Below, piece after piece: positions 29,128 to 40,483 of a stretch of DNA of 64,000 nt. The stretch lies in NCBI GenBank assembly GCA_963677435.1, contig OY781945.1, forward strand, positions 3,008,001 through 3,072,000, read 5' to 3'. The notes below the pieces were generated by a model that did not search any database, was not told the origin of the DNA, and worked only from the letters and a program-made list of their open reading frames with translations. The position numbers were made by a program, and so were the translations under genes. How positions within the stretch are numbered: the first letter of the stretch is position 1; each line of letters starts with the position of its first letter. Source of the stretch: an uncultured Aliarcobacter sp. (GTDB lineage Bacteria > Campylobacterota > Campylobacteria > Campylobacterales > Arcobacteraceae).

Positions 29128-30303
29128 ATGGATAAAATAATAGATATTTTAGATTCAATTGCATATGAAAAAGGTCTCAAAATTGATGATGTTGAAAATG
29201 CACTAAAAGAAGCTTTGATTAAAACAGCTCAAAAGATGGTTGATGAAACACTTACTTTTGATGCAAATATTGATAGAGTAAACAGAAAACTTGAACTATT
29301 TCAAAAAATAGAAGTTGTATCTGAAGAAGATGAAAGACTACATGCTAATGCAGTAAATAAATATGGTGAAGCGCTTAATTATGAAAATTATATTACTCTT
29401 GATGAAGCAAAAGAGATTGACCCAGATTTAGAAATTGGCGATTTTATGAACTATGATTTAGAGTTCGAGAATATGGGAAGAAATGCTGCTACTATATTAC
29501 ATAATAATTTTGAATTTCGACTTCAAAGATTTATTGAAGAAAATCTTGTAAGTAAATATAAAGATAAAATCGGAAAAACTATAGCTGGAACTGTTACTAG
29601 AATTGATAGACAAGAGAATACATTTATTGAAATTGGTGAAGTAAAAGGTATTCTACAACGAAAAAGTAGAATAAAAGGTGAAACTTTTAAAGTTGGGGAT
29701 GTTGTTAAAGCCGTTGTTAAAGGTGTAAATATTGATAAAACTAATGGTTTACTAATTGATATTTCAAGAACTTCTCCAAAATTCTTAGAAAATCTTTTAG
29801 TACTTGAAGTTCCTGAATTAAAAGATAAAAAAGTTACAATTGAAGCAAGTGCTAGAATTCCTGGAACTAGATCTAAAATTGCACTTTCATCTATTGATCC
29901 TCAAATTGATCCAATTGGCTCTGTTGTTGGTGTAAAAGGTGTTAGAATTGGTTCGGTTTCAAAACAACTAAATGGTGAAAATATAGACTGTGTTGAGTTC
30001 TCTACAATTCCTGAAATGTTTATTTCAAGAGCATTATCACCAGCACTTGTAAATAGTGTAAAAATTGAAAAAGCTCCTTCTTATGGTGAAAAAGGAAAAG
30101 CAGTTGTAACAATTCCAAGTGATCAAAAATCTAAAGCTATTGGAAAAGCTGGTTTAAATATTAGATTAGCTTCAATGCTTACAAAATATGATATTGAATT
30201 AATTGAAATTGCTTCAACAGTAAGTTCTTCAAACAATAATGAAAAAACTGTTTCTGAAGACAAAGTAACTGATACAGCATCTTTAGAAGCACTATTTAAA
30301 TAA
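29128..30303 (+). CDS. nusA: Transcription termination/antitermination factor NusA
   Basis: S1 and KH domains (ARIPGTRSKIA, IDPIGSVVGVKG, AIGKAGLNIRLAS); start moved to ATG 29128. Confidence 0.95.
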   Translation: MDKIIDILDSIAYEKGLKIDDVENALKEALIKTAQKMVDETLTFDANIDRVNRKLELFQKIEVVSEEDERLHANAVNKYGEALNYENYITLDEAKEIDPDLEIGDFMNYDLEFENMGRNAATILHNNFEFRLQRFIEENLVSKYKDKIGKTIAGTVTRIDRQENTFIEIGEVKGILQRKSRIKGETFKVGDVVKAVVKGVNIDKTNGLLIDISRTSPKFLENLLVLEVPELKDKKVTIEASARIPGTRSKIALSSIDPQIDPIGSVVGVKGVRIGSVSKQLNGENIDCVEFSTIPEMFISRALSPALVNSVKIEKAPSYGEKGKAVVTIPSDQKSKAIGKAGLNIRLASMLTKYDIELIEIASTVSSSNNNEKTVSEDKVTDTASLEALFK

Positions 30304-30304
30304 C

Positions 30305-31705
30305 ATGTTACTACATATTTACGACTCAGTAAAAAAGGAAAAAGTAGAGTTTAACTCTATTATTCCTAATGTAGCTAAGATTTATGTTTGTGGACCAACT
30401 GTTTATGATGATTCTCACTTAGGTCATGCAAGAAGTGCAATAGCCTTTGATTTACTTCATAGGGTTTTAAAAGCAAATGATTATGAAGTTATTATGACAA
30501 AAAACTTCACTGATATTGATGATAAAATTATCAAAAAAATGTACGACTCAAATAAATCTCTTGAAGAAATCACAACTACTTATATAAGCGCTTATAAAGC
30601 TGATATGAAAGCTTTAAATATCCTAGATAATACAATTGAACCAAAAGCTACAGAAAATCTTGAAAGTATGAAAGATATGATTTTAAATCTTATGCAAAAA
30701 GATATTGCTTATAAAACAAGTGATAGTGTATATTTTGATACTTCAAAAGATAACTCTTACGGAACATTGTCTCACAAAGCAAGTGATGAAAACTCACAAG
30801 CAAGAGTTGAAGTAAATAATGAAAAAAGAAATCCATCAGATTTTGCTCTTTGGAAATTTTCAAAAACTAATGATGTAAGTTTTGATGCTCCTTTTGGACT
30901 TGGACGACCAGGTTGGCATATTGAATGTAGTGCTATGATTGAAAAACATTTAGCTTATAAAGATTCTGAGTTTCAAATAGATATTCATGGAGGTGGAGCT
31001 GATTTACTTTTCCCACATCATGAAAATGAAGCTGCACAAACTAGATGTTCAAGTGGACAAAATCTTTCAAAATATTGGATGCACAATGGTTTTGTAAATA
31101 TTGATGGGGAAAAAATGAGTAAATCTTTAGGAAACTCATTTTTCTTAAAAGATGTATTAAAATCATACTCAGGTGAAGTTATTAGATTTTATTTAATGTC
31201 TACACATTATAGAGCAAACTTTAATTTCAATGAAGAGGACTTACTTTCATCTAAAAAAAGGCTAGATAAGCTTTATAGAGTTAAAAAAAGGGTTTATGCA
31301 GTTGAAGCTTCAAGTGTGAATAAAAACTTCTCTGAAGAGATATTCAAAGCTTTAAATGACGATATGAATACATCAAAAGCTTTTTCAGTTATTGATGAAA
31401 TGATTGGAAATGCAAATGATAAATTAGATGCTAATCCAAAAGATAAAAATCTAAAAAAAGAATTAGTTGCAAATATTTTATTTATTAATGATATTTTAGG
31501 TATTGGATTTAATGATGCTTATGAATACTTCCAATTTGGAATAGATGAAAATACTAAATCTAAAATTGAAAAACTAATAGAAAAAAGAAATGAAGCTAAA
31601 AAAGAAAAAGATTTTGTTACAGCAGATGCTGTAAGAGATGAATTAATTGCACTTGAAATTTCAGTTATGGATACAGTTAATGGAACTGTTTGGGAAAAGT
31701 TATAA
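30305..31705 (+). CDS. cysS: Cysteine-tRNA ligase
   Basis: YVCGPTVYD, HLGH, GRPGWHIECS and KMSKS motifs. Confidence 0.97.
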   Translation: MLLHIYDSVKKEKVEFNSIIPNVAKIYVCGPTVYDDSHLGHARSAIAFDLLHRVLKANDYEVIMTKNFTDIDDKIIKKMYDSNKSLEEITTTYISAYKADMKALNILDNTIEPKATENLESMKDMILNLMQKDIAYKTSDSVYFDTSKDNSYGTLSHKASDENSQARVEVNNEKRNPSDFALWKFSKTNDVSFDAPFGLGRPGWHIECSAMIEKHLAYKDSEFQIDIHGGGADLLFPHHENEAAQTRCSSGQNLSKYWMHNGFVNIDGEKMSKSLGNSFFLKDVLKSYSGEVIRFYLMSTHYRANFNFNEEDLLSSKKRLDKLYRVKKRVYAVEASSVNKNFSEEIFKALNDDMNTSKAFSVIDEMIGNANDKLDANPKDKNLKKELVANILFINDILGIGFNDAYEYFQFGIDENTKSKIEKLIEKRNEAKKEKDFVTADAVRDELIALEISVMDTVNGTVWEKL

Positions 31706-31728
31706 ATTTTTTATAACTCTCAAACATA

Positions 31729-31763
31729 AAAAAAGGGAAGAAGTTAAACTTCTTCCCTTTTTT
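31729..31763. terminator. Bidirectional terminator between cysS and rpsR
   Basis: AAAAAAGGGAAGAAGT-taa-ACTTCTTCCCTTTTTT. Confidence 0.88.
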
Positions 31764-31781
31764 ATTTACTAAAAATAATTC

Positions 31782-32048
31782 TTAGTAAAATGATCTTGCG
31801 TATGCAGAATCAGTAATGTTTTTAGTATCAACAATGTAAGGAACTAATGCCATATGTCTAGCTCTTTTGATTGCTTTTTCTACCATTTCTTGTGAATTTT
31901 TAGAGTTACCAGTAAGTCTTCTAGGCATAATTTTACCTCTTTCACTCATAGATAATTTTAATAATTCTGTATTTTTATAATCAATGAAATCTACTTTCAT
32001 CTCAGTATATTTACAATATTTTTTTCCGTACTTTCTTCTTTCTGCCAT
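31782..32048 (-). CDS. rpsR: 30S ribosomal protein S18
   Basis: [18 protein letters not shown] and [13 protein letters not shown] motifs. Confidence 0.96.
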   Translation of the reverse strand: MAERRKYGKKYCKYTEMKVDFIDYKNTELLKLSMSERGKIMPRRLTGNSKNSQEMVEKAIKRARHMALVPYIVDTKNITDSAYARSFY

Positions 32049-32060
32049 TTGATGTCCTTT

Positions 32061-32567
32061 CTAAAACGGTATTTCGTCTTCGTCTATATCAATTTCAGGT
32101 ATTCGTTGCTCAACTCTTGGTTTTGCTTGATTCATACCACCATAGCTTGCTGGAGAAGAAGGTTCATCGTATTGAGCTGCTGGTTGATTATAAGATCCTT
32201 GCGGATTATAACCCTGGCTGTCCCCAGTATTCATAGCCTCACCCTTAGAATCTAACATTTTCATAGTATCTACTCTTAAAGAGTGTCTACTTCTTGTAGA
32301 TCCATCTTGGGCAGTCCATTGTTCAAATACAAGTCTTCCCTCTAATAAAACTTTAGAACCTTTTTTCAAGTATTGATTAGCAACCTCAGCAGATCTACCA
32401 AATATATTGAAATCTAAAAAACAAACTTCATCTTTTTGTTCACCAGTTGAAGATTTGTATTTATAAGATGTTGCAACAGCAGATTTCGCAATTGCAGAAC
32501 CTGATGGTAAATATCTTAATTCAATATCCCTTGTTAAATTTCCTACCATTATTACTTTGTTATACAT
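32061..32567 (-). CDS. ssb: Single-stranded DNA-binding protein
   Basis: NKVIMVGNLTRD OB fold; acidic C-terminal DEDEIPF. Confidence 0.97.
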   Translation of the reverse strand: MYNKVIMVGNLTRDIELRYLPSGSAIAKSAVATSYKYKSSTGEQKDEVCFLDFNIFGRSAEVANQYLKKGSKVLLEGRLVFEQWTAQDGSTRSRHSLRVDTMKMLDSKGEAMNTGDSQGYNPQGSYNQPAAQYDEPSSPASYGGMNQAKPRVEQRIPEIDIDEDEIPF

Positions 32568-32586
32568 GTAAGATTCCTAAATATTA

Positions 32587-32943
32587 TTATTTATTAGCTT
32601 TTTTAGCTGCCTCATCACTCATTTTAGTCCAAGAAGCAATTTCTTTTTTGCTTTCGTATTTAATGAAGATAAATCTAATTAAGTTTTCGTTCATTCTGTA
32701 ATTTCTTTCGATTTCAGCAATTCCTGCTGGGTTACCTTGGAAATAGATTACATAATAGTAACCTCTTTTACATTTTTCGATTTCATAAGCTAATTCTCTT
32801 TGCCCAACATTATCAAATGATACGATTTCTCCACCATTTTTCTCAATAATAGCTCTGATGCTATCAATTTGTGCTACAGTTTCTTCTTCAGTTAATGTAG
32901 GTTTTAATATAAACATTGTTTCATAATGTTTGATTTTTGACAT
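32587..32943 (-). CDS. rpsF: 30S ribosomal protein S6
   Basis: HYETMFILKP and GQRELAYEI motifs; rpsF-ssb-rpsR order. Confidence 0.96.
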   Translation of the reverse strand: MSKIKHYETMFILKPTLTEEETVAQIDSIRAIIEKNGGEIVSFDNVGQRELAYEIEKCKRGYYYVIYFQGNPAGIAEIERNYRMNENLIRFIFIKYESKKEIASWTKMSDEAAKKANK

Positions 32944-33000
32944 TAATTCTCCTTATAGTTTGTGCCGGTATCTTTACATTTCCTAATATCAGCAAGGATT
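32944..33000 (-). promoter_or_regulatory. Probable S6:S18 ribosomal protein leader
   Basis: Minus strand AUCCUUGC...ACCGGC...AAGGAG: the CCUU can pair with the RBS and a CCG triplet lies between, as in the known rpsF leader family. Confidence 0.55.
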
Positions 33001-33024
33001 TCTTTCTTTGTAAAGTGCGAGATT

Positions 33025-34005
33025 CTATCTAAATAAAACTGTAAACTTTCTTAAGCTTGCTTGAAGATATAAGTTTTGATTGTCAATCTTTGAAGTTTTA
33101 AAGTCTAATTCTATATCTAATAAGTATTCTAATATCTCTTGAAAAACCTCTGGTTTTTTATTTATCGCTAATTTTGATTTCTTTTCCCAAATATTCTTTG
33201 GTGGAATAAATCCTAAAATTTCTTTAGGATTAGGTTGTCCTAAAGTTCTTGCATATGAACTTATCATAAAAAGTTGTTGTACAAAAGAAGTTATTTGATT
33301 TAACAAATAAATTTCATTCATTCCCTCATCAAGAAGCAAACTTAAATCAGAACTTATATCTTTTCCACTTAATAAATCATGTAAAAAATCTTCAAAATTA
33401 ACAGTTCCTATACCAAAACAGTGGGCATCCACAAGATGAGTTGTAACAAGTTCATCAAAAATTGCTAATTTTTTCATATCATTTACACATAAAGCTAAAT
33501 CATTTTTATGCATAAAATATAAGTGATTTAAAGCACTTGGCTCTATTTTCATATTAAGCATCTTTGCTTCATATTCCAAAAACTTTATGGCTTCTGTATC
33601 TGTTGGAGAAAAAAATCTTACAGCCGCAGAATTTGTTTTTAAAGAAAAACTACTCTCCATCGTTTTAAAATCACTATCACCTAAAGCTGCAATAATTAGT
33701 GTGCTATCTGGATTTGTATTACAAGCTTCAATTAAAGAATCAAGCTCTTTTTTTGGAAGTTTTTTATCTATTTTTATTAAAACGATATTATTGCTTGAAA
33801 ATAAAGAAGATTGTAATAGTTTATCTTTAACATATTTAAAATCATAATCTTCAAAATATAATTTCTCTATTTCATCATTATTTCCTAAAGACTGAGCAAT
33901 TACTAAAGCATACTGTTCTATTAAAAAAATAGATTGTCCATAAAACAAATAAGCTTTAAATTTTTTATTTTGTTTTAAATAGTTATCAAATTCATTTTTA
34001 TACAT
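33025..34005 (-). CDS. holA: DNA polymerase III delta subunit
   Basis: YLFYGQ, LLQSSLFSS and clamp-loader delta length; position upstream of rpsF. Confidence 0.85.
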   Translation of the reverse strand: MYKNEFDNYLKQNKKFKAYLFYGQSIFLIEQYALVIAQSLGNNDEIEKLYFEDYDFKYVKDKLLQSSLFSSNNIVLIKIDKKLPKKELDSLIEACNTNPDSTLIIAALGDSDFKTMESSFSLKTNSAAVRFFSPTDTEAIKFLEYEAKMLNMKIEPSALNHLYFMHKNDLALCVNDMKKLAIFDELVTTHLVDAHCFGIGTVNFEDFLHDLLSGKDISSDLSLLLDEGMNEIYLLNQITSFVQQLFMISSYARTLGQPNPKEILGFIPPKNIWEKKSKLAINKKPEVFQEILEYLLDIELDFKTSKIDNQNLYLQASLRKFTVLFR

Positions 34006-34038
34006 GTCGAAATTTTATCCTAAACTCTTTTATAAATT

Positions 34039-35889
34039 TTAATATTTTACAGTTGCAACAATTACTTTTGTTACTGTGTCGGCTGATTTTATTTTTACTC
34101 TTAGTTTAGTAAAAAGTTTTTGTCCTTTATAGTTTTCTAAAACTACTTTCATTCCAAACATTTTTTCATAACAAACAGCTTTTGCTTTTTCAGTATCAAC
34201 TATTTTTACTTTTATCTCTTCATCAATATTTAAACTTGCCCATCTTGCATATTTTCTATCTTCAAAATCCCATACAAGTTGGTCAATTTTTCTTTCATTC
34301 AGTGAAATATGTTCACAAATATCATCAATATTTTTAGGTGTTTGTTTTGTTTTTAGAATTCTGTGTAAAACTAAATCTGAATATCTTCTAATTGGACTTG
34401 TAAAGTGAGAATATGAAGAAAATCCTAAACCGAAGTGTCCTAAATTTTTTGAAGAGTATTTTGCTTGGGTTTGAGCTTGAATAATCAACTCATCAATTTC
34501 AGCTCCCATCATAGAAGCTTTTGCTTTTTCTTGAATATGTACAATTGTATCATGAACATCACTTTGAAGTTTTACATTAACTCCTAAAATATTCACATCA
34601 TCTACAAGTTTTGAGATAGCTTTAAAAGCTGGTTCTTCATGGATTCTGTAAATTCCAACCATATTTACTTTTTTACTAGCTTCTATGTTTGCTAATAACA
34701 TACACTCTTCAACTAATTGATGTGAAGCTGTTGATGTTTCAACTTCAATAGATTCTAAATTATCATTACGCAATTTTAATCTATTTTCGCTTGTTCTAAA
34801 ATCATAACCTTTTAATAATCTTCTTTTTCTAAATTTTTTAGTAATTTCATATAAAGGGATAAGATAATCAAATATATCTTTTTCAGTTTTTGAATATTGG
34901 TCAAGGTGACCTTCAATAACTCTGTCAATTCTTCCATAAGAGAAGTTTTTGTGGGAATTTATAATTGCTTCAAATAGTTCAGCTTTTTTAACATTTAGAT
35001 TTTCTAAATCTAAATAAAGTTTAAAAACATAAGAGTATCTATCAACACCCTCTTTTAATGAACACATCTCTTCACTCAAAATTGGTGGCAACATTGGTAA
35101 AACTTTTGTTGGAAGATAAACAGAAGTTGATTTTTTAAAGGCCAACAAATCAAGTTCACTGCCCTCTTTTACAAAATATGAAACATCTGCGATGGCCACA
35201 TATAAGATATTTTCTTTTGTATCAAAATAAATTGCATCATCATGATCTTTTGCACTATTTGGATCAATTGTACAAAAATACAAATCTCTTAAATCAACTC
35301 TTTTTTTAGTATCATCCATATTTGCAACAACTTCAAGATGTTTTTCTAATCTGTATATTTCATTATAAAGATTTAATGAAATAAGTTCATCAATTTTAGG
35401 ATCTTTTATATTTCCTAAATTTTTTATTAGTTCTAAAGATTTATTATCAACTAATAAAACATCCCCTTCATTATATTTTAAAGCATTTTTATTTTCTAAT
35501 TTTATATTTTCTTTTATTGTATAAAATGCTTTGTCTTTTATATAAACTAAAACATCATTTTTTTTCCCATCAAGGATTCTTTCAATTTTAGCTTTTGTTC
35601 TACTTCTTGGATTAAAAACCCTTTTAGCTAATACTAAATCACCATCATAAGCCCCGTTTAAATCATCAAACTCTATTTTTATATTTTTATGTTCACTTAT
35701 TAAATCTTCAAGTATTACAAGGTTTTTCCCCACTTTTACGAGGGCAATTTTATATTTAGAGTTTAGTTCAAAAGTATCATCATTTTTTATAACTATTTCA
35801 TCTTTTAAAAACTTCTCTATCTCAATTAATTCCTCTTTTGAGTAGTCTTTACAGTTTGTTTGAATTTTTATAAATAGTTCTTTTAGCAA
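34039..35889 (-). CDS. rnr: RNase R / RNB-domain exoribonuclease
   Basis: TIDPNSAKDHDDA, VAIADVS, LVEECMLLAN and HFTSPIRRYSDL motifs; start likely TTG 35889 after AGGA. Confidence 0.9.
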   Translation of the reverse strand: MLKELFIKIQTNCKDYSKEELIEIEKFLKDEIVIKNDDTFELNSKYKIALVKVGKNLVILEDLISEHKNIKIEFDDLNGAYDGDLVLAKRVFNPRSRTKAKIERILDGKKNDVLVYIKDKAFYTIKENIKLENKNALKYNEGDVLLVDNKSLELIKNLGNIKDPKIDELISLNLYNEIYRLEKHLEVVANMDDTKKRVDLRDLYFCTIDPNSAKDHDDAIYFDTKENILYVAIADVSYFVKEGSELDLLAFKKSTSVYLPTKVLPMLPPILSEEMCSLKEGVDRYSYVFKLYLDLENLNVKKAELFEAIINSHKNFSYGRIDRVIEGHLDQYSKTEKDIFDYLIPLYEITKKFRKRRLLKGYDFRTSENRLKLRNDNLESIEVETSTASHQLVEECMLLANIEASKKVNMVGIYRIHEEPAFKAISKLVDDVNILGVNVKLQSDVHDTIVHIQEKAKASMMGAEIDELIIQAQTQAKYSSKNLGHFGLGFSSYSHFTSPIRRYSDLVLHRILKTKQTPKNIDDICEHISLNERKIDQLVWDFEDRKYARWASLNIDEEIKVKIVDTEKAKAVCYEKMFGMKVVLENYKGQKLFTKLRVKIKSADTVTKVIVATVKY

Positions 35890-36003
35890 TTTTTGTCCTT
35901 TTGAATAATCATCTAATAGTAGCAAAACTAAGAGTATTCTTCCCTTTAATTTGTCAAGTTATCTAAGATTTAGATAGTTTTTTGTATAATCTCAAAAATT
36001 TAA

Positions 36004-37044
<1,041 letters not shown>

Positions 37045-37049
37045 TTTAT

Positions 37050-37075
37050 TTTAAGGAAGATTTTTCTTCCTTAAA
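37050..37075 (+). terminator. Hairpin after ilvC
   Basis: TTTAAGGAAGA-tttt-TCTTCCTTAAA inverted repeat. Confidence 0.6.
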
Positions 37076-37093
37076 TAAAAACTCAAGAGATAT

Positions 37094-38332
37094 ATGAATC
37101 AGAAAAAACCACGAAAAAAATCACAAAAGAAAACTAATAACTTTTCAAATAAAAAACTATTAAATATCTTTTTAGTAATATTTTTAATTGCATTTTTAGC
37201 AAGTATAGCTAGTTACTTTACAATAAAAAATAAAGATACAATTAAAAATATTCCCGCAGAAATAAATGCAAAAACTCAAGAAATTGATAAAAAAAACCAA
37301 GAAGAAAAAAAAGAAGTTTTACTTCCTAAAATAAAAGATATAAAAGATTTCAAAGAGCAAAAACCTGAAGATTTTTTTGAAGAGAAATTTGATATTAATG
37401 AAGAACATAAATTTGAAGAATATACAAAAGAACTTGAAAAAGTAATAGTAGATAAAATTGAATCTGAAGATACAATAAATAAAGAGAATGAAATTGTTCA
37501 GAAGAAAGTTCAAGAAATTAAAGATGAAAAATTAAAAGACAAAGAAAAATCAGAAGACAAGAATCAAAAAGAGACTGTTTCTACAAAAAAAGAGACTAGT
37601 GATTCAACTAAAGCTCCTACTAAAATTGATGAAAAAAGTATCATTACAAGTAAAGATACTTTTACTTATGATAAAAAGTCTAAACCAAAAATTGCAATAG
37701 TAATTGATGATGTGACAACTCAAGCTCAAAAAGATAAGATTTTAGCTTTAGGTTATAAAACAAATATGTCTTTTCTTCCACCAACAAATGTTCACCCTGA
37801 TTCTGCAAAAATTGCGCAAAATCTATCTTTTTATATGATTCATTTTCCAATGCAAGCTTCAAGTGCGTTTAAAGGCCCTGAAATTAATACTTTAAGTATA
37901 AATGACTCTTATGAAACAATTGAAAAAAGAGTTAAACAGCTAAGAGCTTGGTATCCAAATGCAGTTTATACAAATAACCATACGGGTTCTGTATTTACTG
38001 AAAATGATGAAGCTGTAGATAAATTATTTAGAGCATTAAAAAAATATAATTTTATATTTGTTGATAGCAGAACAAGTGCAAAATCAGTTGTTAAAAAATA
38101 TGCAAAAAAATATAATATGCCTTATATTGTAAGAAATACTTTCATTGATAATGATAGAAACTTTAGTGCTATTCAAAATCAATTAAAAAAAGCCATAGAG
38201 ATAGCAAAAAAACAAGGTTATGCAATTGCTATTGGACATCCACATAATATTACACTTCAAGTATTAAAAGAGTCTAAACATCTATTAAAAGATGTTGAAC
38301 CTATATTTATCTACCAACTTCCATATCTTTAA
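37094..38332 (+). CDS. Divergent polysaccharide deacetylase family protein (YibQ-like), membrane anchored
   Basis: TM anchor, K/E-rich linker, then IAIVIDD, HFPMQ, NNHTGS, FVDSRT and AIAIGHP motifs. Confidence 0.88.
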   Translation: MNQKKPRKKSQKKTNNFSNKKLLNIFLVIFLIAFLASIASYFTIKNKDTIKNIPAEINAKTQEIDKKNQEEKKEVLLPKIKDIKDFKEQKPEDFFEEKFDINEEHKFEEYTKELEKVIVDKIESEDTINKENEIVQKKVQEIKDEKLKDKEKSEDKNQKETVSTKKETSDSTKAPTKIDEKSIITSKDTFTYDKKSKPKIAIVIDDVTTQAQKDKILALGYKTNMSFLPPTNVHPDSAKIAQNLSFYMIHFPMQASSAFKGPEINTLSINDSYETIEKRVKQLRAWYPNAVYTNNHTGSVFTENDEAVDKLFRALKKYNFIFVDSRTSAKSVVKKYAKKYNMPYIVRNTFIDNDRNFSAIQNQLKKAIEIAKKQGYAIAIGHPHNITLQVLKESKHLLKDVEPIFIYQLPYL

Positions 38333-38374
38333 AAAATAAGTTATAATAATTTAAATTATTTTTAAAGAGCTTTT

Positions 38375-39148
38375 ATGATTTCAAAAATCGACTTCAAAAT
38401 TGAAGAATTATCATCAATGAAAAAATATCCAGATGAACTTTTTTATATTGGTAATCTTGAACTTTTAAAAAGAAAAAAGATTGCTATAATTGGAAGTAGA
38501 AGGCCAAATTCCTACACGAAAGAGTTTACTTACAAATTAGCTTCTAAATTCTCCAATGCAAATATTTGCATAGTTAGTGGTGCTGCTATGGGAGTTGATT
38601 CTATTGCTCATCAAGGTGCAAAAGCAAACAATACAATAGCTGTTGTAGCTAATGGCTTAGATATTCGCTATCCAAGTGTTAATAGAAATTTAATTATTGA
38701 TATAGAGAAGAATGGTTTGATTATTTCTGCTTATAAAGAGAAAGAAAAAGCTAGGAATTATACTTTTGTTTTAAGAAATGAAATTGTTGTAGCATTAAGT
38801 GATTTTTTGATTGTTACAGAAGCTGATTTGAATTCTGGTTCTTTAACTTCAGTTAATTACGCTTTAAAAATGGGTAAAAAAGTTTATACACTTCCCCATA
38901 GAATAAATGAAAGTTTAGGAACTCAAGAATTAATCAGAAAAAACTTAATTGAAGTTATTTATGATATTAATGAATTTATTTACAATATATGTGGTGAAAA
39001 AAGTACATTTATAGAAGATGAAATTCTTCTTTTTTGTAAAAATAATCCTAATTATGAAAGTGCCATTTCCAAATATCCAAATAAAATTTTTGAATATGAA
39101 TTAGAAGGAAAGATAAAAATAGAAAATGGAAAAGTAATAATTATCTAA
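38375..39148 (+). CDS. dprA: DNA-processing protein DprA
   Basis: AIIGSR, IVSGAAMGVD, RNEIV and EADLNSGSL motifs. Confidence 0.92.
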   Translation: MISKIDFKIEELSSMKKYPDELFYIGNLELLKRKKIAIIGSRRPNSYTKEFTYKLASKFSNANICIVSGAAMGVDSIAHQGAKANNTIAVVANGLDIRYPSVNRNLIIDIEKNGLIISAYKEKEKARNYTFVLRNEIVVALSDFLIVTEADLNSGSLTSVNYALKMGKKVYTLPHRINESLGTQELIRKNLIEVIYDINEFIYNICGEKSTFIEDEILLFCKNNPNYESAISKYPNKIFEYELEGKIKIENGKVIII

Positions 39149-39175
39149 AATAATTTTAGATAATTATTCTCAAAT

Positions 39176-40483
39176 CTATTTATATCTTAATTGATAAGTA
39201 ATATCTCCAGCACCAACACCTAAGAAAATTCCTTCATCATAAGTTTTGATAATTTTTTCATCTTTAATTAATTCAATTTTTCCATTAGTAGAAACAACTC
39301 TATCTGCAAAAATTGGGTTATATTGAGCAAACTCTTTTTCAAAATCAATATCTATTTTTTTCTCACCAGGAATTGTCCAAATAGGCAAAATAATAAGTTC
39401 ATCACATCTTCTAAAACATTTTTTGAAACCCTCAAGATTATCACTTGTTCTTGAATATTTGTGAGGCTGCCAAAGAACTATTCTTTTATTTATATTTGTA
39501 AGATTGTCGTATAACTCAATAGATTTCATTGTAGCTTCTATCTCTGTTGGATGGTGAGCATAATCATCAATTACTACAAATTTGCTATTTGCTTGAACAA
39601 TATCAAATCTTTTTTTGATTCCTTTATAGTCTAAAAGATTTTTTCTAATAGTTTCAACATCAAGTTCATTAAGTGCTGCAAGAATTGCTAAAGAAGCATT
39701 TGTTGCCATGTGAAAACCAAATCCCCAAACTTCAAATGTACCTAAATCTTTTAAATCAAATTTAGTACAAGGCTGATTATCTTTTAGTGTATAACAAAGA
39801 TTTTTAATATCAACACTTGGATAAAGATAAGTTGCTTCTTCAATTTTTAATTTTTTTATATCATTATCTTCACCATTTAAAACTCTTTTTTTAGCAAGTG
39901 AAATAAATCTTTCATAAGACTCATAAAATTTATCATAATCATAATGATAATATTCCATGTGCTCAGGTTCAGCATTTGTAACAATCGCACAATATGGATT
40001 TGAAAGTAAAAAAGAGGCATCTGATTCATCTGCTTCAAAGGCAATTAAATCACTTACATATCTAAAATTTGAACCAAAATCTTTTGAAATTGCTCCAATT
40101 AATGCAGAACTTTGTAAAATTGAAGCTAACATTGCAGTTGTAGTAGATTTTCCATGAGCACCAGCAACACAATAGTTTTTCTTATCTCCAAGAATAATTG
40201 GTAATGCTTCTTTTCTTGAAAGAGTTCTAATTTGTTTTAATCTTGCTTCTATTAACTCAGGATTCTCATCAGTAACAGCTGCTGAATAAATAACTAAATC
40301 AAAATCATCTTTCATGTTAGAAGCACTTTGAGGACAAGAAACTTTTATTCCTTCATCTTCCAAAGCTTTTGTAATTAAAGAGCTTTTCATATCTGAACCA
40401 CTAACTTCGTGTCCATCAAAATTTAAAAATCTAGCTAAGGCAGAAAGGCCAATTCCACCAATTCCAATAAAATGTACTTTCAA
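39176..40483 (-). CDS. murC: UDP-N-acetylmuramate-L-alanine ligase
   Basis: HFIGIGGIG, GAHGKSTT, EADESD, DDYAHHPTE and QPHKYSR motifs. Confidence 0.96.
   Translation of the reverse strand: MKVHFIGIGGIGLSALARFLNFDGHEVSGSDMKSSLITKALEDEGIKVSCPQSASNMKDDFDLVIYSAAVTDENPELIEARLKQIRTLSRKEALPIILGDKKNYCVAGAHGKSTTTAMLASILQSSALIGAISKDFGSNFRYVSDLIAFEADESDASFLLSNPYCAIVTNAEPEHMEYYHYDYDKFYESYERFISLAKKRVLNGEDNDIKKLKIEEATYLYPSVDIKNLCYTLKDNQPCTKFDLKDLGTFEVWGFGFHMATNASLAILAALNELDVETIRKNLLDYKGIKKRFDIVQANSKFVVIDDYAHHPTEIEATMKSIELYDNLTNINKRIVLWQPHKYSRTSDNLEGFKKCFRRCDELIILPIWTIPGEKKIDIDFEKEFAQYNPIFADRVVSTNGKIELIKDEKIIKTYDEGIFLGVGAGDITYQLRYK

Noticed and set aside
38375..39148. dprA plus the PilMNO-like gene as a competence island
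   Set aside because: They are about 11.6 kb apart among housekeeping genes with no other com/pil genes; a competence role for the fusion remains only an alternative hypothesis
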